The notes under the pieces were generated by a model. That model was not told the DNA's origin and did no database searches. It worked only from the letters and a program-made list of their open reading frames with translations. The position numbers were made by a program, and so were the translations under genes. Positions 1 to 10,114 of a stretch of DNA of 64,000 nt are shown piece after piece (position 1 is the first letter of the stretch; every line of letters begins with the position of its first letter). The DNA is from a virus, in the IMG/VR virus record IMGVR_UViG_3300036860_000542, positions 1 through 64,000 of that record. The stretch is one strand, 5' to 3'.

Positions 1-2
1 TC

Positions 3-1034
3 CTCGTCCTGGACGAGGCCCACGTTCTCGCTACGACGTCCCGGTCACTGCGCACTCAGGCCACCTCGCTCCTATCCCTCCTGGCGAGGCGCTGTGTGGC
101 AGTGACCGGGACGCCCCTTTGGAACAAGCCGGCTGGGTTGTACAGCCTGCTCGCCTGCGTGGCGCCGTCCGCCTGGGGCCGCTGGGATGTGTTTGCGACT
201 CGCTACGCATCAGGCATTCGCGGATCCTTCGGCTTCAGAACCGGCGACCCCTCCAACATCGAAGAGTTCCGATCGCGCATGTCCGAGATCATGGTCCGTC
301 GGACATGGGACGAAGTCCGCGACCAACTTCCTCCGACCAAGCGCGAGATCAAGGTCCTCCACCTCACGCCGTCACAAGAGCGCGAGATGGACTTCCTGGT
401 GAACGCCTTGCGCACGGACGACGGCACGACAGTGGGAACGATCGCCCGCCTGCGTCGAGTCCTAGGCGAAGCCAAGCTTCAGTACCTCTTCGAGGTCATC
501 GCACCCTGGTTCGGGATGCCGTTCGTCATCTGGGTCTGGCACCAGGACATCGCGGACGGGATCGAAGACGATCTCCGAGCGCGAGGCCTGCGTGTCTACA
601 AGGTCACCGGGAAGACGTCGATGTACCGGTCGAAGAAGACCGGCGAGGTGAAGCGTGAAGCGGTGCTCGACGCCTGGCGTGCCGACCCTGGGGGCATCCT
701 GGTGTGCAACATCGCCGTCGGCCAGGTGGGCATTGACCTTAGCCACGCCAGCCGCGCCGTCTTCGCCGAGCTCGACTTCACCCCGGCGACGATCGCCCAA
801 GCGGAGATGCGGACCTTCTCCCCCGAGCGTGAGATGGAGATCATCTACCTGGCGGCTCAGCACCGGGTGGATGAGGAGATTGTGAACGCCCTGAAGGCGA
901 AGTTCGGCACCTCGGAGCTGTTGGGTATCCCGGCAGCGGACGCCGCCGTGGAGATCTTGGGCAACGCCTTCGGGATCGAGGACGAGGGCGACTTGCAGCG
1001 GTTGATGGCCGCTGTCTTGGAGGGCGACGAATGA
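3..1034 (+). CDS. SNF2-family helicase (5' truncated by window edge)
   Basis: Frame opens at nt 3 with LVLDEAH (motif II); VTGTP motif III; C-terminal GQVGIDL and QAEMR helicase-C motifs. Confidence 0.85.
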   Translation, partial: LVLDEAHVLATTSRSLRTQATSLLSLLARRCVAVTGTPLWNKPAGLYSLLACVAPSAWGRWDVFATRYASGIRGSFGFRTGDPSNIEEFRSRMSEIMVRRTWDEVRDQLPPTKREIKVLHLTPSQEREMDFLVNALRTDDGTTVGTIARLRRVLGEAKLQYLFEVIAPWFGMPFVIWVWHQDIADGIEDDLRARGLRVYKVTGKTSMYRSKKTGEVKREAVLDAWRADPGGILVCNIAVGQVGIDLSHASRAVFAELDFTPATIAQAEMRTFSPEREMEIIYLAAQHRVDEEIVNALKAKFGTSELLGIPAADAAVEILGNAFGIEDEGDLQRLMAAVLEGDE

Positions 1035-1291
1035 ACATCACGTGCGCGTGTTGTGGAAAATCCTGTACCGACGAGCGGTACGGAGTCTGCTTCCCCTGCG
1101 GGATAGCTGGTGCTCGAGCCGCCATGCCAAAGAGCTGCGCCTACTGCCAGGAGAACGGCCCTCCTGTCTGCCCGGAGCACGATGTCACCGACTGCCAGCT
1201 CTGGGAGGGTTCGCGGGCCCACCTCGAGTTCTGGGATGAGCACGGGCCACGGTTGCAGTGGTTCCGCGACGGGAAGGAGACGAAGCCGTGA
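1031..1291 (+). CDS. small Cys-rich hypothetical protein
   Basis: ATGA overlap with the helicase stop; several CxxC pairs. Confidence 0.55.
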   Translation: MNITCACCGKSCTDERYGVCFPCGIAGARAAMPKSCAYCQENGPPVCPEHDVTDCQLWEGSRAHLEFWDEHGPRLQWFRDGKETKP

Positions 1292-1838
1292 AGCGTCTCG
1301 AGAAGATCGTGGACGTCGTGTTCTGGATCTGGGTGCCGATCCTCCTCGGCTACAGCGCCTTCCTCATCTGGGAGCGGCTGTGAGCGCGAAGAGGAGTTCG
1401 AAGTGGCCGCCCGATTGGACATTCGCGTGGCGCTACAGCAAGGAGCAACTCGGACCGCTTTCCGTGGCAGCCAGCAACTACTGCAACAAGAAGCGCTCCG
1501 ACCGGCGCTACATCCGGGCCCAGTTGAAGCAGCTCGCCGCTCGCTGGCAGGGCGAGAAGTACACCACGTCCATCGCTCGAGCGGTCGAGTCGCTCTTGAA
1601 GTTGCTCAAGTACGTGGAGGGGGACAGCAGGTGAACAAGTTCGAGAAGACGGCTCTGGAGTTCCTCGTCCTGGGCTTGATCGTGTCGGCTTCACTGATCG
1701 GATGGCACTTCGCGAGACGCTGGCTAGGAGGGGTGTGATGTTGAAGCAGTTGGGAACCGCATTGCTACTCGCAACCATGATCTCCCTCGTGGTCGCGGGC
1801 GCCGTGCTGGGAGTCGTCTTCCTCTTGGGAACTGCACC

Positions 1839-2852
1839 ATGAGCGAAGACGGATTCCATTACGAGATCGTCAACGGCCGGATGGTCAAGGTGGCGGACGC
1901 GGCGGACGCTCCAACGCTCCCTGTCTCGGACTCGTTGCCGCCACCTTCGGACGCCTCACCGGACTACTTGAACCTGGCTCCACTGCTCGATCTCACCCCG
2001 CTCGACGAGGCGCTCGACAAGGTCTGCGCTGAGCTCGGGTTGAAGATCCGGCCGGGCGGCGCGTCCGGGTACGGCTGGTCTACGCGAAGCATGCTGTTGG
2101 CGTGCCCGTACAAGTACAAGAAGCTCTACATCGACGCGCCGAGGAACCTCACCAGCGTGCGGTCACCCACAGCGCTCGAGGTCGGTGGTCTCTTCCACCA
2201 GCTCCTGGCCTTCCACTACATGCTCATGATGCCAGCGCGTGGTGGTCTGTCCGGGCCGGTGGACTTCGACTGGGTGAAGGCGCGTCTACTCGAGGAGCGT
2301 GTCTCAGCCGAGGTGGTGATGGAAGCCTTCCGGCTCTTCGACGCCTACCGCTTCCGGTACGAGGTGGACTACATCGAGCCCCTCGATGTCGAGGTTGAGG
2401 CATCGGACTCGGACGGCAACACCTGCCGCTACGACACCATCGTGCGGATCAGGGACAACAACGCCCTCATCATGCCTGGGATCTACATCCTGGAGCACAA
2501 GACCTGCGCCCGGTTCGACTTCCCGACGCTCGAGGGCTGGAAGAACGACGGCCAGATCATCGGCCAGATGTACATATGGCGCCAGGCCCGGCTGAAGCGG
2601 AAGTACGGTCGCCTGGACGGCGTCATCGTGAACCTGATCTCGAAGACGAAGACGCCGGACTTCCGCCGCATCGTGATCGCCCCGCAGGCGTGGCAGCTCA
2701 GCGGACACGCCAAGGACCTGAAGGTCTGGGACGCTCTCGAATCTCTTTTCCGCTCAACCGGTTGTTGGCCCCGCAACCGGCAATCGTGTAGGGGCCCCTA
2801 CGGACTCTGCAGTCTCTTCGACCACTGCGCCGGTGGAGGGTACACAAGATGA
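1839..2852 (+). CDS. Cas4-like PD-(D/E)XK exonuclease
   Basis: N-terminal CPYKY, G..FH helix, D...EHKT nuclease core, QxxxY-like motif, three C-terminal Cys (Fe-S staple). Confidence 0.8.
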   Translation: MSEDGFHYEIVNGRMVKVADAADAPTLPVSDSLPPPSDASPDYLNLAPLLDLTPLDEALDKVCAELGLKIRPGGASGYGWSTRSMLLACPYKYKKLYIDAPRNLTSVRSPTALEVGGLFHQLLAFHYMLMMPARGGLSGPVDFDWVKARLLEERVSAEVVMEAFRLFDAYRFRYEVDYIEPLDVEVEASDSDGNTCRYDTIVRIRDNNALIMPGIYILEHKTCARFDFPTLEGWKNDGQIIGQMYIWRQARLKRKYGRLDGVIVNLISKTKTPDFRRIVIAPQAWQLSGHAKDLKVWDALESLFRSTGCWPRNRQSCRGPYGLCSLFDHCAGGGYTR

Positions 2853-3012
2853 AAAAGAATGTCGTGAAAGCGGTGGTCGAGAACTCGATCATCTTCGGAG
2901 GCATTGAGGGGACGCTCCTCGATCACTTCAACATAGGACAGCGTGTCGTCATCATCGATGAGGACTGGTTCAATACGCTCAAGGACCCGGAGGCTCTGGA
3001 GGGAGATGACGA

Positions 3013-3393
3013 ATGAGCGAGCTGAAACGGATGGACTTGGACTTCCTGGTTCGCGAGATCAAGCGGGCGGCCGATGAGGCATACCGCCAGATCGATACGA
3101 AGGTCGTCGATCTGATCCAACAGGTTCGACAGGCGGTGGCCGTCCTTCCCCTCGATCTCGAAGCGCCAGTTCAGGCGCTCTACGTGAAGGACTTCACCGT
3201 CCCGTCTCGGGATCCCAACGCCTACGTGGAGCTCTACGAGGGCAACCTACGATTCAACGGGGCGGTGGTTGATGAGCAGCGCAGCGACGTCTACTGCGCC
3301 TCGGACAACCTTCGCCTGGTGGAGGACAACCGGCTCCGCCTGAAGACGGGCCACTACCGAGCGATGCTCACCATCACGAAGATCGAGCCATGA
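3013..3393 (+). CDS. hypothetical protein
   Basis: ORF with GGAG SD, stop overlaps next start. Confidence 0.6.
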   Translation: MSELKRMDLDFLVREIKRAADEAYRQIDTKVVDLIQQVRQAVAVLPLDLEAPVQALYVKDFTVPSRDPNAYVELYEGNLRFNGAVVDEQRSDVYCASDNLRLVEDNRLRLKTGHYRAMLTITKIEP

Positions 3394-3647
3394 AATACGA
3401 CCTCGAAGTCCGGGTGGTCGGCATGGAGGGGGATCGTGAGGTCTCGCGCTTCCAGCTCCACCAGGAAGGGATGGAGCTCAGCTTCCTGGCCACGATGTTG
3501 TCCGGCTTCGCGGAGAGCCTAGTGAGCTGGGCGAGTAAGGGCGCGCAGGCAGCGCAGGTGTACACCGGGCGGCGTTGCCGAACCTGCCGCATGGTGGGGC
3601 ACAATGGCCAGAACTGCCCGAACCGGAAGACGGGCACTGAGGAATAG
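3390..3647 (+). CDS. small protein with C-terminal CCHC zinc knuckle
   Basis: CRTCRMVGHNGQNC. Confidence 0.65.
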   Translation: MKYDLEVRVVGMEGDREVSRFQLHQEGMELSFLATMLSGFAESLVSWASKGAQAAQVYTGRRCRTCRMVGHNGQNCPNRKTGTEE

Positions 3648-3663
3648 AAAGGGGAAGAAAAGA

Positions 3664-4455
3664 ATGGGAATCGACATCAAAGCGGTGGACCTGAGCCCGG
3701 GGAAGAGGAGGCGGATCACGCTCGTCCTCTATGGGAGCTACAAGACGGGGAAGACGCAGTTCGCGGCGACCTTCCCGCGTCCGTTGTTCCTGGCCGACAA
3801 GGGTGAGTCCGGGTGGGAAACCATCCGATACATGGACCAAGCGTCCTTCTACGAACCGGACCGGAAGACGCAGTCGAACATGCCGGTGGAGGTCTTCCCG
3901 ATCGCCAGGGCGGAGGAGATGAACGCCTTCCTGCCCATGGTTCGGGAAGCAATCACGAAGGACCCGACCAAGTACGGCACGATCGTGATCGACAGCTTCA
4001 CCTTCTACTCGGACACCTACGCGGCTGCACTCGAGTGGAAGTACCGCCAGGAGATGGGCGCCAAGTACGACCCGAGGAAGATGTTCCAGGACCTCGGCTC
4101 GCACCTGCGCAACATCATGATCCAGGTCCACGACATGACCGAGCCGTACGGCATCAACGTGGTCTGGATCTGCCTGGAGAAGCCCCCTGGCGACGACAGC
4201 CCTGGTGGGCTGCTGTTGTCGGGCCAGTCGGCCAACAAGACGCCGGCCCGCTGCGACGGCATCCTCTACCACAAGAGCTACTCGGCCGGGAAGGAGTCGG
4301 TCTACGAGGTCCACAGTCGGCCCTATGGCACCTTCATGGCGGGCGGCCGTGGGTTCCAGGCGCTGCCCAACCCGCTGGTGAACGCCACCTACCGGGACCT
4401 GGAGCAGTACCTGGGCATCCTGCCGAGGTACGGAAAGGCGGTGAAGGCGGCATGA
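3664..4455 (+). CDS. Sak4-like (AAA_24) recombination ATPase
   Basis: Walker A GSYKTGKT, Walker B IVIDS; sits between exonuclease and SSB-like gene. Confidence 0.8.
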   Translation: MGIDIKAVDLSPGKRRRITLVLYGSYKTGKTQFAATFPRPLFLADKGESGWETIRYMDQASFYEPDRKTQSNMPVEVFPIARAEEMNAFLPMVREAITKDPTKYGTIVIDSFTFYSDTYAAALEWKYRQEMGAKYDPRKMFQDLGSHLRNIMIQVHDMTEPYGINVVWICLEKPPGDDSPGGLLLSGQSANKTPARCDGILYHKSYSAGKESVYEVHSRPYGTFMAGGRGFQALPNPLVNATYRDLEQYLGILPRYGKAVKAA

Positions 4456-4823
4456 GTGACTGCAGCGACCCGAACTGCTCTTTTCGTCGAACCTCCAAGC
4501 TCTGCCAACAGCGGGTCACGGAGATGATCGAAGAGATCGGGACGCTGCGAGCTCGCAATGGCGAGTTGCAACTGCTGGTTCAACAGCTTCAAGAGAAGGG
4601 CACCATGGTGTGGACACCGGAGACCGTCGAGAAGACCCTGAAGGCGCGGTGGGCGGAGTTGGAGCAGGTGGAGAAGGAACCGGAAGGTTCGATTCTTCCT
4701 TGTCGCTACGGCGGTCCTGGCTTCCGCCATCCAGCGTTCTGCATGTGCGGCGGAACCGGGACGATGACCAGAGAAGAGCTTATCGAAGACCTGAAGTGCG
4801 ACATCGAGATCTTGCACAAGTGA
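4452..4823 (+). CDS. hypothetical coiled-coil, Cys-containing protein
   Basis: ATGA overlap; MSDCSDPNC start. Confidence 0.55.
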   Translation: MSDCSDPNCSFRRTSKLCQQRVTEMIEEIGTLRARNGELQLLVQQLQEKGTMVWTPETVEKTLKARWAELEQVEKEPEGSILPCRYGGPGFRHPAFCMCGGTGTMTREELIEDLKCDIEILHK

Positions 4824-4883
4824 TTCCGTCCCTTCGGGGGACACAACAACGGCGACTTGGGTCGCCAGAAAGCGGAGTGGCAG

Positions 4884-5372
4884 ATGAGTGAAGCGGTTGA
4901 TTATCTGAGCCTCGATGGTCTCGTCACCGACGAGACGAAGTCCTGGGCCGGCGGACCTGGCAAGGGTCTCCCCGTGGGGGACTACCTGGTCAAGATCATC
5001 GGCAAGAGCAAGAACGCCGCCGAGGGCAAGACGCCTCAGCTCGAGGTGAAGCTCGAGGTGGTGGACGACACCGCCGGTGGCCAGCACAAGGGCCGCCAGA
5101 CCCGCGCCTGGTACTACCTCACGGCGGACGCCATCGGGCGGCTCACCAACCTCTTCGAGGCGGCCGGCGCCAAGCTGGACGCCAAGAAGGGCATCAACCT
5201 CGACTCGCTGATGGGCACCGAGCTCGTCATCGGCGTGTACGAGGAGAAGTTCGGTGGCGAGGCCAACCCGATGGGCGGCACCACCGAGGTGAAGACGCGG
5301 TCGAAGGTCTTCGATGAGCGTCCCCGCTCCGTGTGGGGCGAGGTCAAGGAGAAGGCGGCGTCCAAGAAGTAG
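4884..5372 (+). CDS. DUF669-like single-stranded DNA-binding protein
   Basis: LPVGDYLVKI...GKTPQLEVKLEV pattern; strongly biased codons; follows Sak4-like gene. Confidence 0.7.
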   Translation: MSEAVDYLSLDGLVTDETKSWAGGPGKGLPVGDYLVKIIGKSKNAAEGKTPQLEVKLEVVDDTAGGQHKGRQTRAWYYLTADAIGRLTNLFEAAGAKLDAKKGINLDSLMGTELVIGVYEEKFGGEANPMGGTTEVKTRSKVFDERPRSVWGEVKEKAASKK

Positions 5373-5389
5373 CCCCTGAGGCAGGGGGT

Positions 5390-5438
5390 GTGACGAGCGG
5401 GGCCCCGGGCTCGTCACTGAACCGCCGCACACCGGGGC
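5390..5438 (+). ncRNA. predicted H-type pseudoknot
   Basis: S1 GTGACGAGC 5390-5398 / GCTCGTCAC 5409-5417; S2 GCCCCGG 5402-5408 / CCGGGGC 5432-5438. Confidence 0.55.
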
Positions 5439-5442
5439 TTTT

Positions 5443-5515
5443 GCCTCCGTAGCTCAGCGAGAGCAGCCGGGGACCACCCGGAAGGTCGGTGGCTCGATGC
5501 CACTCGGAGGCTCTA
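5443..5515 (+). tRNA. degenerate tRNA / tRNA-like element (nominal anticodon ACC)
   Basis: Acceptor GCCTCCG/CGGAGGC, TA-GCTC...GAGC D arm, CCGG(G) anticodon arm, AGGTC variable loop, GGTGG-CTCGATG-CCACT T arm; non-canonical loops, ends CTA. Confidence 0.65.
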
Positions 5516-5533
5516 GTGGAAAGAGAGGGTGTT

Positions 5534-5962
5534 ATGGGGAATGACCATGAGCAGGAAGCACGGAAGATCAACGACGCCATTCTGCCGAAGTCGGTCTATG
5601 ACCGGGAACCGCAGACGATGATGGAGGCCGCCCATTCCTGGCTCCCCCACGTCTTCAACGACCCCGACTTCAAGTCCGCCATGGAGCAGTGCGACAAGAT
5701 CCTCACCGTCAAGGGAGCCGACTACACCCAGAAGCAACCGGATCGGCTCGCCAACTTCAAGGAGGCGGCGCTGTTCCTCGGACAGAACAAGTTCCAGGTC
5801 CTCGGCGTGTACCTCTACAAGCACCTAACAGCCGTATTTTCGTTCCTGAAGCACGGCCAGGTGGAGTCGGAGCCGATCGAGGGCCGGATCTTCGACTGCA
5901 TCAACTACTTCCTCCTCCTCTACAAGATGGTGCAGGAGCAGAAGCGGTCGGTGAAGCCGTGA
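5534..5962 (+). CDS. nucleotide-modification-associated (DUF1599/Nmad1-like, MazG-fold) protein
   Basis: KGADY...ANF...KH...E....I.D.INY.LLL pattern. Confidence 0.65.
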   Translation: MGNDHEQEARKINDAILPKSVYDREPQTMMEAAHSWLPHVFNDPDFKSAMEQCDKILTVKGADYTQKQPDRLANFKEAALFLGQNKFQVLGVYLYKHLTAVFSFLKHGQVESEPIEGRIFDCINYFLLLYKMVQEQKRSVKP

Positions 5963-6570
5963 TCAACCGGGCGCAGTTCAAGTTCATCGAGAAATTCATG
6001 AAGACCCTAGCTCTCGCCGGGGTGATCGACAACCAGGACGAGGCGACGGACTACTACTGCCGCGAGCGGAAGCGCATCATGCGACGCCAGCGTGCGAGTC
6101 GCAAGTCGCGGCGGGGTTGGGCATGAGCACCTGTCCGACCTGTCGTAAGCCCAACTGCGGCAACTGGGCGGCGTGTGCGCGAAAGGCCACGCTGATGGGT
6201 GCTAGTGAGGCGGATGCGTACGTAGCCGAGCTCATCTGGTACGGGATCGGGGTGGCGGAGACGCTGTTCCAGATCGGTCTGCGAGTAAAGGAAGCTGCCT
6301 TCGTCGAGGCGCTCGCGCTGCACGGTACGGCTGGCGTCCGTCGCATGTTGTTCACACAGACGATCAAGGAACTCGACGTTCACTTGATCAGGAAGGCAGT
6401 ACGGGGATGGTGACGATCGTTTGCTTCCACTGTGGCGAAGTCCGCGAGCTCCGCTTCTGCGGCCTGGACGGCGCAGTGCTTCTACCCGTCGGCTGGGCCT
6501 TCGCAAGAGACGAGCAGGGAACCCACCGCCTCTACTGCGAGCCCTGCAAGGAGCTCGCACGGGTGGTCGC

Positions 6571-7854
6571 GTGACTGAGCTCAACGACGCCCAACGGAAG
6601 GCTCGAGAAGAGATCCTGCAGTGGGTGAAGGACGACAAGACGCCGACGATGTCCCTCTCCGGCCCGGCCGGCACCGGGAAGACGTTCCTCGTCCGCTTCT
6701 TCCTAGAGGAGTTGGAGAAGCTCGCACCGGTCGTCCTCACTGCCACTACTGGCAAGGCCGCCTTGCGGCTGTCCGAGCTCACCAACCGGAAGGCATCCAC
6801 CCTGCACAGTGCGCTCTACGAGCCGCCGGACGACGAGAACACCTCCAAGAAGGGCTCCAAGCTCAAGTTCGACCGAATCCGCGTGCCGCCCAACGGCACC
6901 CTGCTCGTGGTGGACGAGTCGTCGATGATCACGCCGGACGTCTGGAAGGACCTCCAGAAGTGGACGTCGAAGTTCGGGGTGAAGGTGCTCTTCATCGGAG
7001 ACGGCTTCCAGCTCCCTCCGGTCATCGACTCCAAGAAGGAGGAAGACTTCAACATCTTCTCCCTGGTGCCGGGTCCGCGGCTTCATAAAGTCATGCGGAA
7101 CGGCGACTCCATTCTGGACGCGGCGACCGCGCTCCGGGTGGATGGGAAGATGATCCTCGAGAACCGAGGCTCGTACAACTGGCGGAAGGCGAAGCTGGCG
7201 GTGGTCCTCGGTGACTGGCTTCAGGCGCCGGACGATCACGCCATCATCACCTGGCGGAACAAGGTCCGCATGACTGCCAACCGGGTCATCCGCAAGGCGC
7301 GTGGTTTCGAGTCGCAATTCCCCATGCCCAACGAGCCCATCCTGGTGCGCAAGAACGGGAAGGGCTTCCTGAACGGCCAGATCGTCACCGCCATCGAAGA
7401 GTCGAAGCCCGGACCTAAGATGGGCCCGATCCAAGCCTCCTGGCTGAGGGTCTACGTGGAGGAGGACGGCGCCAAGCGGACGATGTTCGCCTCCTGCCAG
7501 GGCCGTGAAGAGCCGATGGATGGCGCCTTCCCCTGGCTCGAGGACGAGGAATGGCGCTGGTACATGCGTGAGAAGCGCATGTTCGAGCACCAGTGGGCCA
7601 TCGAGCATGATCTCGACACCTGTCGGATGGATCCGATCCCCATCACCTGGGGCTACTGCCTCACTGCTCATGCTGGCCAGGGCTCCGAGTGGGGACGGGT
7701 CACTGTCTACCTGGAGAACTACGACACCCAGAACAAGAACTTTCTTTCGCCATCGCTCCTACCGGACGGGACGCGAGTCCCGTTCTGGACGCGATGGGTC
7801 TACACGGCGATCACGAGGGCGAAGGCTCGTGTGGACGTCGTCATCGGGGGGTAA
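6571..7854 (+). CDS. Dda/RecD-like SF1B helicase
   Basis: GPAGTGKT, VVDESSM, GDGFQLPPV, TAHAGQGSEW, YTAITRAK; GTG start. Confidence 0.9.
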   Translation: MTELNDAQRKAREEILQWVKDDKTPTMSLSGPAGTGKTFLVRFFLEELEKLAPVVLTATTGKAALRLSELTNRKASTLHSALYEPPDDENTSKKGSKLKFDRIRVPPNGTLLVVDESSMITPDVWKDLQKWTSKFGVKVLFIGDGFQLPPVIDSKKEEDFNIFSLVPGPRLHKVMRNGDSILDAATALRVDGKMILENRGSYNWRKAKLAVVLGDWLQAPDDHAIITWRNKVRMTANRVIRKARGFESQFPMPNEPILVRKNGKGFLNGQIVTAIEESKPGPKMGPIQASWLRVYVEEDGAKRTMFASCQGREEPMDGAFPWLEDEEWRWYMREKRMFEHQWAIEHDLDTCRMDPIPITWGYCLTAHAGQGSEWGRVTVYLENYDTQNKNFLSPSLLPDGTRVPFWTRWVYTAITRAKARVDVVIGG

Positions 7855-7856
7855 CC

Positions 7857-8768
7857 ATGAGAACCGCAACGATCATCATCGACGAACCGATCATCGAAGT
7901 CATCGCCGAGATGAAGCTCGTCCACAACGGTGTCCTGGCCATGGCGGAGTGGGTCAAGAAGTATCGTCCCGACTGCGTGCCGGAAGGAGGTATCTACCGG
8001 GTGGAGGATCTTCTTCCTCACAGTCGTTGGGAGGAGTGGCCAGATGGTCGGAAGATCGCCACGGACGCCGGGGAGGAGAACGAGTTCCGATCCCCCTCCG
8101 ACAACGAGATCCTCTGCGAGCTTGCGGGTCGCAAGTGCTACGACAGCTTCGCGGAGAAGGGTGCGAAGCGGACCAACGCCGAATACCTAGCGAGCATGTG
8201 GACCGGCCGCGGCGTGCCGCATCGGAGTACGGGCTACCACGCGAAGATGTCGTTCTTCTTCGCGCACGTGAGCCGCCGCGTCTCCCACGAGCTCATCCGC
8301 AACTACGTGGGCTCCGATCGAGACGAAGAGGGCTCGCCCTCGCAGGAGTCTACCCGCTTCACCGAGCACCCGGGCGTGTACATCTGCCACCCGAGAGACC
8401 TCAAACCCCGCATGGATGGCCTGGGCGTACACGCCCCTTGGGGGATCGAACAGTTCCGTCGTGAGGCACAGGACAACTACGATCACTACCTCAGCTACAT
8501 CAGGGAGGCCGTTGCTGTCTTCCTTTACGACCACAAGACGGAGCCGAATGGCATGGATCGCAAGCGCATCTACGAGGCGGCCTCCGGCAGGCTCCTCCAG
8601 AGCTGCGCTACCTCCTTCATCTGGACGACGAACCCGATGGCGCTGATGAAGTTCTTCGGCGAGCGTTGCGACGAGGCGGCCGATCTCGAGATGCAGCGGT
8701 TCGCGAACATGCTGAAGAGGGCGTGCCTCAATCGGTGGCCGAATCTATTCCCGGGGGTGAAAGCGTGA
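7857..8768 (+). CDS. thyX: flavin-dependent thymidylate synthase, divergent
   Basis: LAGRKCYDS, VSRRVSHELIR...SQESTRF, R....ADLEM; RHR motif replaced by RNY. Confidence 0.75.
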   Translation: MRTATIIIDEPIIEVIAEMKLVHNGVLAMAEWVKKYRPDCVPEGGIYRVEDLLPHSRWEEWPDGRKIATDAGEENEFRSPSDNEILCELAGRKCYDSFAEKGAKRTNAEYLASMWTGRGVPHRSTGYHAKMSFFFAHVSRRVSHELIRNYVGSDRDEEGSPSQESTRFTEHPGVYICHPRDLKPRMDGLGVHAPWGIEQFRREAQDNYDHYLSYIREAVAVFLYDHKTEPNGMDRKRIYEAASGRLLQSCATSFIWTTNPMALMKFFGERCDEAADLEMQRFANMLKRACLNRWPNLFPGVKA

Positions 8769-9196
8769 TCCTCACCAAACCAAACGGGGTGTACACCTCC
8801 GTGATCGACGTGCCCAGGACTGAAGGGTTGGAGAAACGGTTTTGGGCCAAGGTAGAGAAGACGGACGACTGCTGGCTCTGGCGTGGTCGTATCAACCCAG
8901 GCGGGACAGGCCAAATGCGAATTGCGTCTGGCTCACGGGGACCTCAGGGCGGCACGCGAATCGATGCGCACAAGTTAGCCTACTTGTGGTTCGTTGGTCC
9001 GATCCCCGACGGGTATGAAGTGGATCACCTTTGTCGTGTGGCTATCTGCGTTCGCTTCGATCACCTGGAAGCGGTGACGCAGGAGATCAACCAACAACGC
9101 GCTCACTTCTGGCGAGTTCGCGACAAGCTGCGAGCTGAGGGCCTGGTCGCATCTCGTTTGGCTCGGGCACGCGCCCGTGCGGGAAGGAATATGTAG
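8765..9196 (+). CDS. HNH endonuclease
   Basis: RFWAKV..CWLW, VDHLCR...CVR.DHLEAVT..IN; GTG start overlapping thyX stop. Confidence 0.85.
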   Translation: MILTKPNGVYTSVIDVPRTEGLEKRFWAKVEKTDDCWLWRGRINPGGTGQMRIASGSRGPQGGTRIDAHKLAYLWFVGPIPDGYEVDHLCRVAICVRFDHLEAVTQEINQQRAHFWRVRDKLRAEGLVASRLARARARAGRNM

Positions 9197-9197
9197 C

Positions 9198-9557
9198 ATG
9201 CGACGAGTCGTGATCGAAAGCCCCTTCGCAGGTGATGTCAAGCTGAACCTGCGGTACCTTAGGGCGTGTATGCGGGATTGCCTCCTCCGAGGGGAAGCCC
9301 CCATCGCCTCCCACGCCCTGTACACCCAACCAGGGGTCCTGGACGACGACAACCCGGAAGACCGCAAGTTGGGGATGGGTGCCGGTTGGGCTTGGCATTC
9401 CGTCGCTGATGCGGTTATCATGTACATGGACCGGGGGGTCTCGAAGGGGATGGAATTGGGTGCTGCGCACGCGAGGGAATTGGGAATTCCGATCGAAGAG
9501 CGTTGGCTCGGGGACTACTGGAACCAGCTCCCCATCTACAAGACGAGGTGGGAGTAG
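9198..9557 (+). CDS. nucleoside 2-deoxyribosyltransferase-fold protein
   Basis: VVIESPFAG...GEAPIASHALYTQ...GVSKGM. Confidence 0.65.
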   Translation: MRRVVIESPFAGDVKLNLRYLRACMRDCLLRGEAPIASHALYTQPGVLDDDNPEDRKLGMGAGWAWHSVADAVIMYMDRGVSKGMELGAAHARELGIPIEERWLGDYWNQLPIYKTRWE

Positions 9558-9559
9558 TC

Positions 9560-9910
9560 ATGGCCGCCAACCGTGAAGCTCTCGGTCGTGCGGGCAAGAA
9601 AGGTGGCGCCGTCACGGCGGCGAAGCGACGAAACGGGTACCATCCTCTCCCCAAGTTCCAAGGCCGCCCGAAGCCTCCTCCTCCGCTCAAGCTCACCAAG
9701 GGTCGCTGCACCGACTGCAAGGCCAAGTTCACCGCGATGGGCAAGGACGCTGTTCGCAAGCTGCTCCTGGCGCACTGGGAGGAGCACCATCGCGGGGAGA
9801 AGCACGTCTACAGGCTGCCGACGCTCGAGGAGGCGTTGGGAACGGAGCCCGAGCCGTCGGAGCCCGAGCTCGTGCCGCTCGAACCGGAAGGAGATGGCGA
9901 TGCCGCATAG
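9560..9910 (+). CDS. small basic protein with C2H2-like finger
   Basis: CTDC...HWEEHH. Confidence 0.5.
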   Translation: MAANREALGRAGKKGGAVTAAKRRNGYHPLPKFQGRPKPPPPLKLTKGRCTDCKAKFTAMGKDAVRKLLLAHWEEHHRGEKHVYRLPTLEEALGTEPEPSEPELVPLEPEGDGDAA

Positions 9911-10114
9911 GAGTTCGCCGATGCGTTGTGAGATCTGCCAGCACGTGCTGGAGGACGACTACGGGGTCTGGATCGTGGGGAAGCTCGCCTGTGGCAAGTG
10001 CGTCGCGGCTTTCATCGATCTCATCCGAGGCGCCCGGTTGGCAGAGGAGCAGGCAGAGGCTGGAGATGAAGACGTTGGCCACTACGACAACTACGGAGTC
10101 ATCCCGGACGACGA

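Noticed and set aside
1839-2852. Cas4-like gene as a sign of CRISPR-Cas
   Set aside because: No repeat-spacer array or other cas genes; the context (Sak4-like ATPase, SSB) is a phage recombination module
5373-5442. HDV-like (theta) ribozyme beside the tRNA, or a stop-readthrough signal
   Set aside because: No nested P1/P1.1/P3 double pseudoknot, it lies 5' of the tRNA-like element, and it is 17 nt from the TAG with no convincing extension
5443-5515. Functional tRNA-Gly(ACC)
   Set aside because: Lacks D-loop GG, U33, the TTC T loop and an encoded CCA; kept only as tRNA-like
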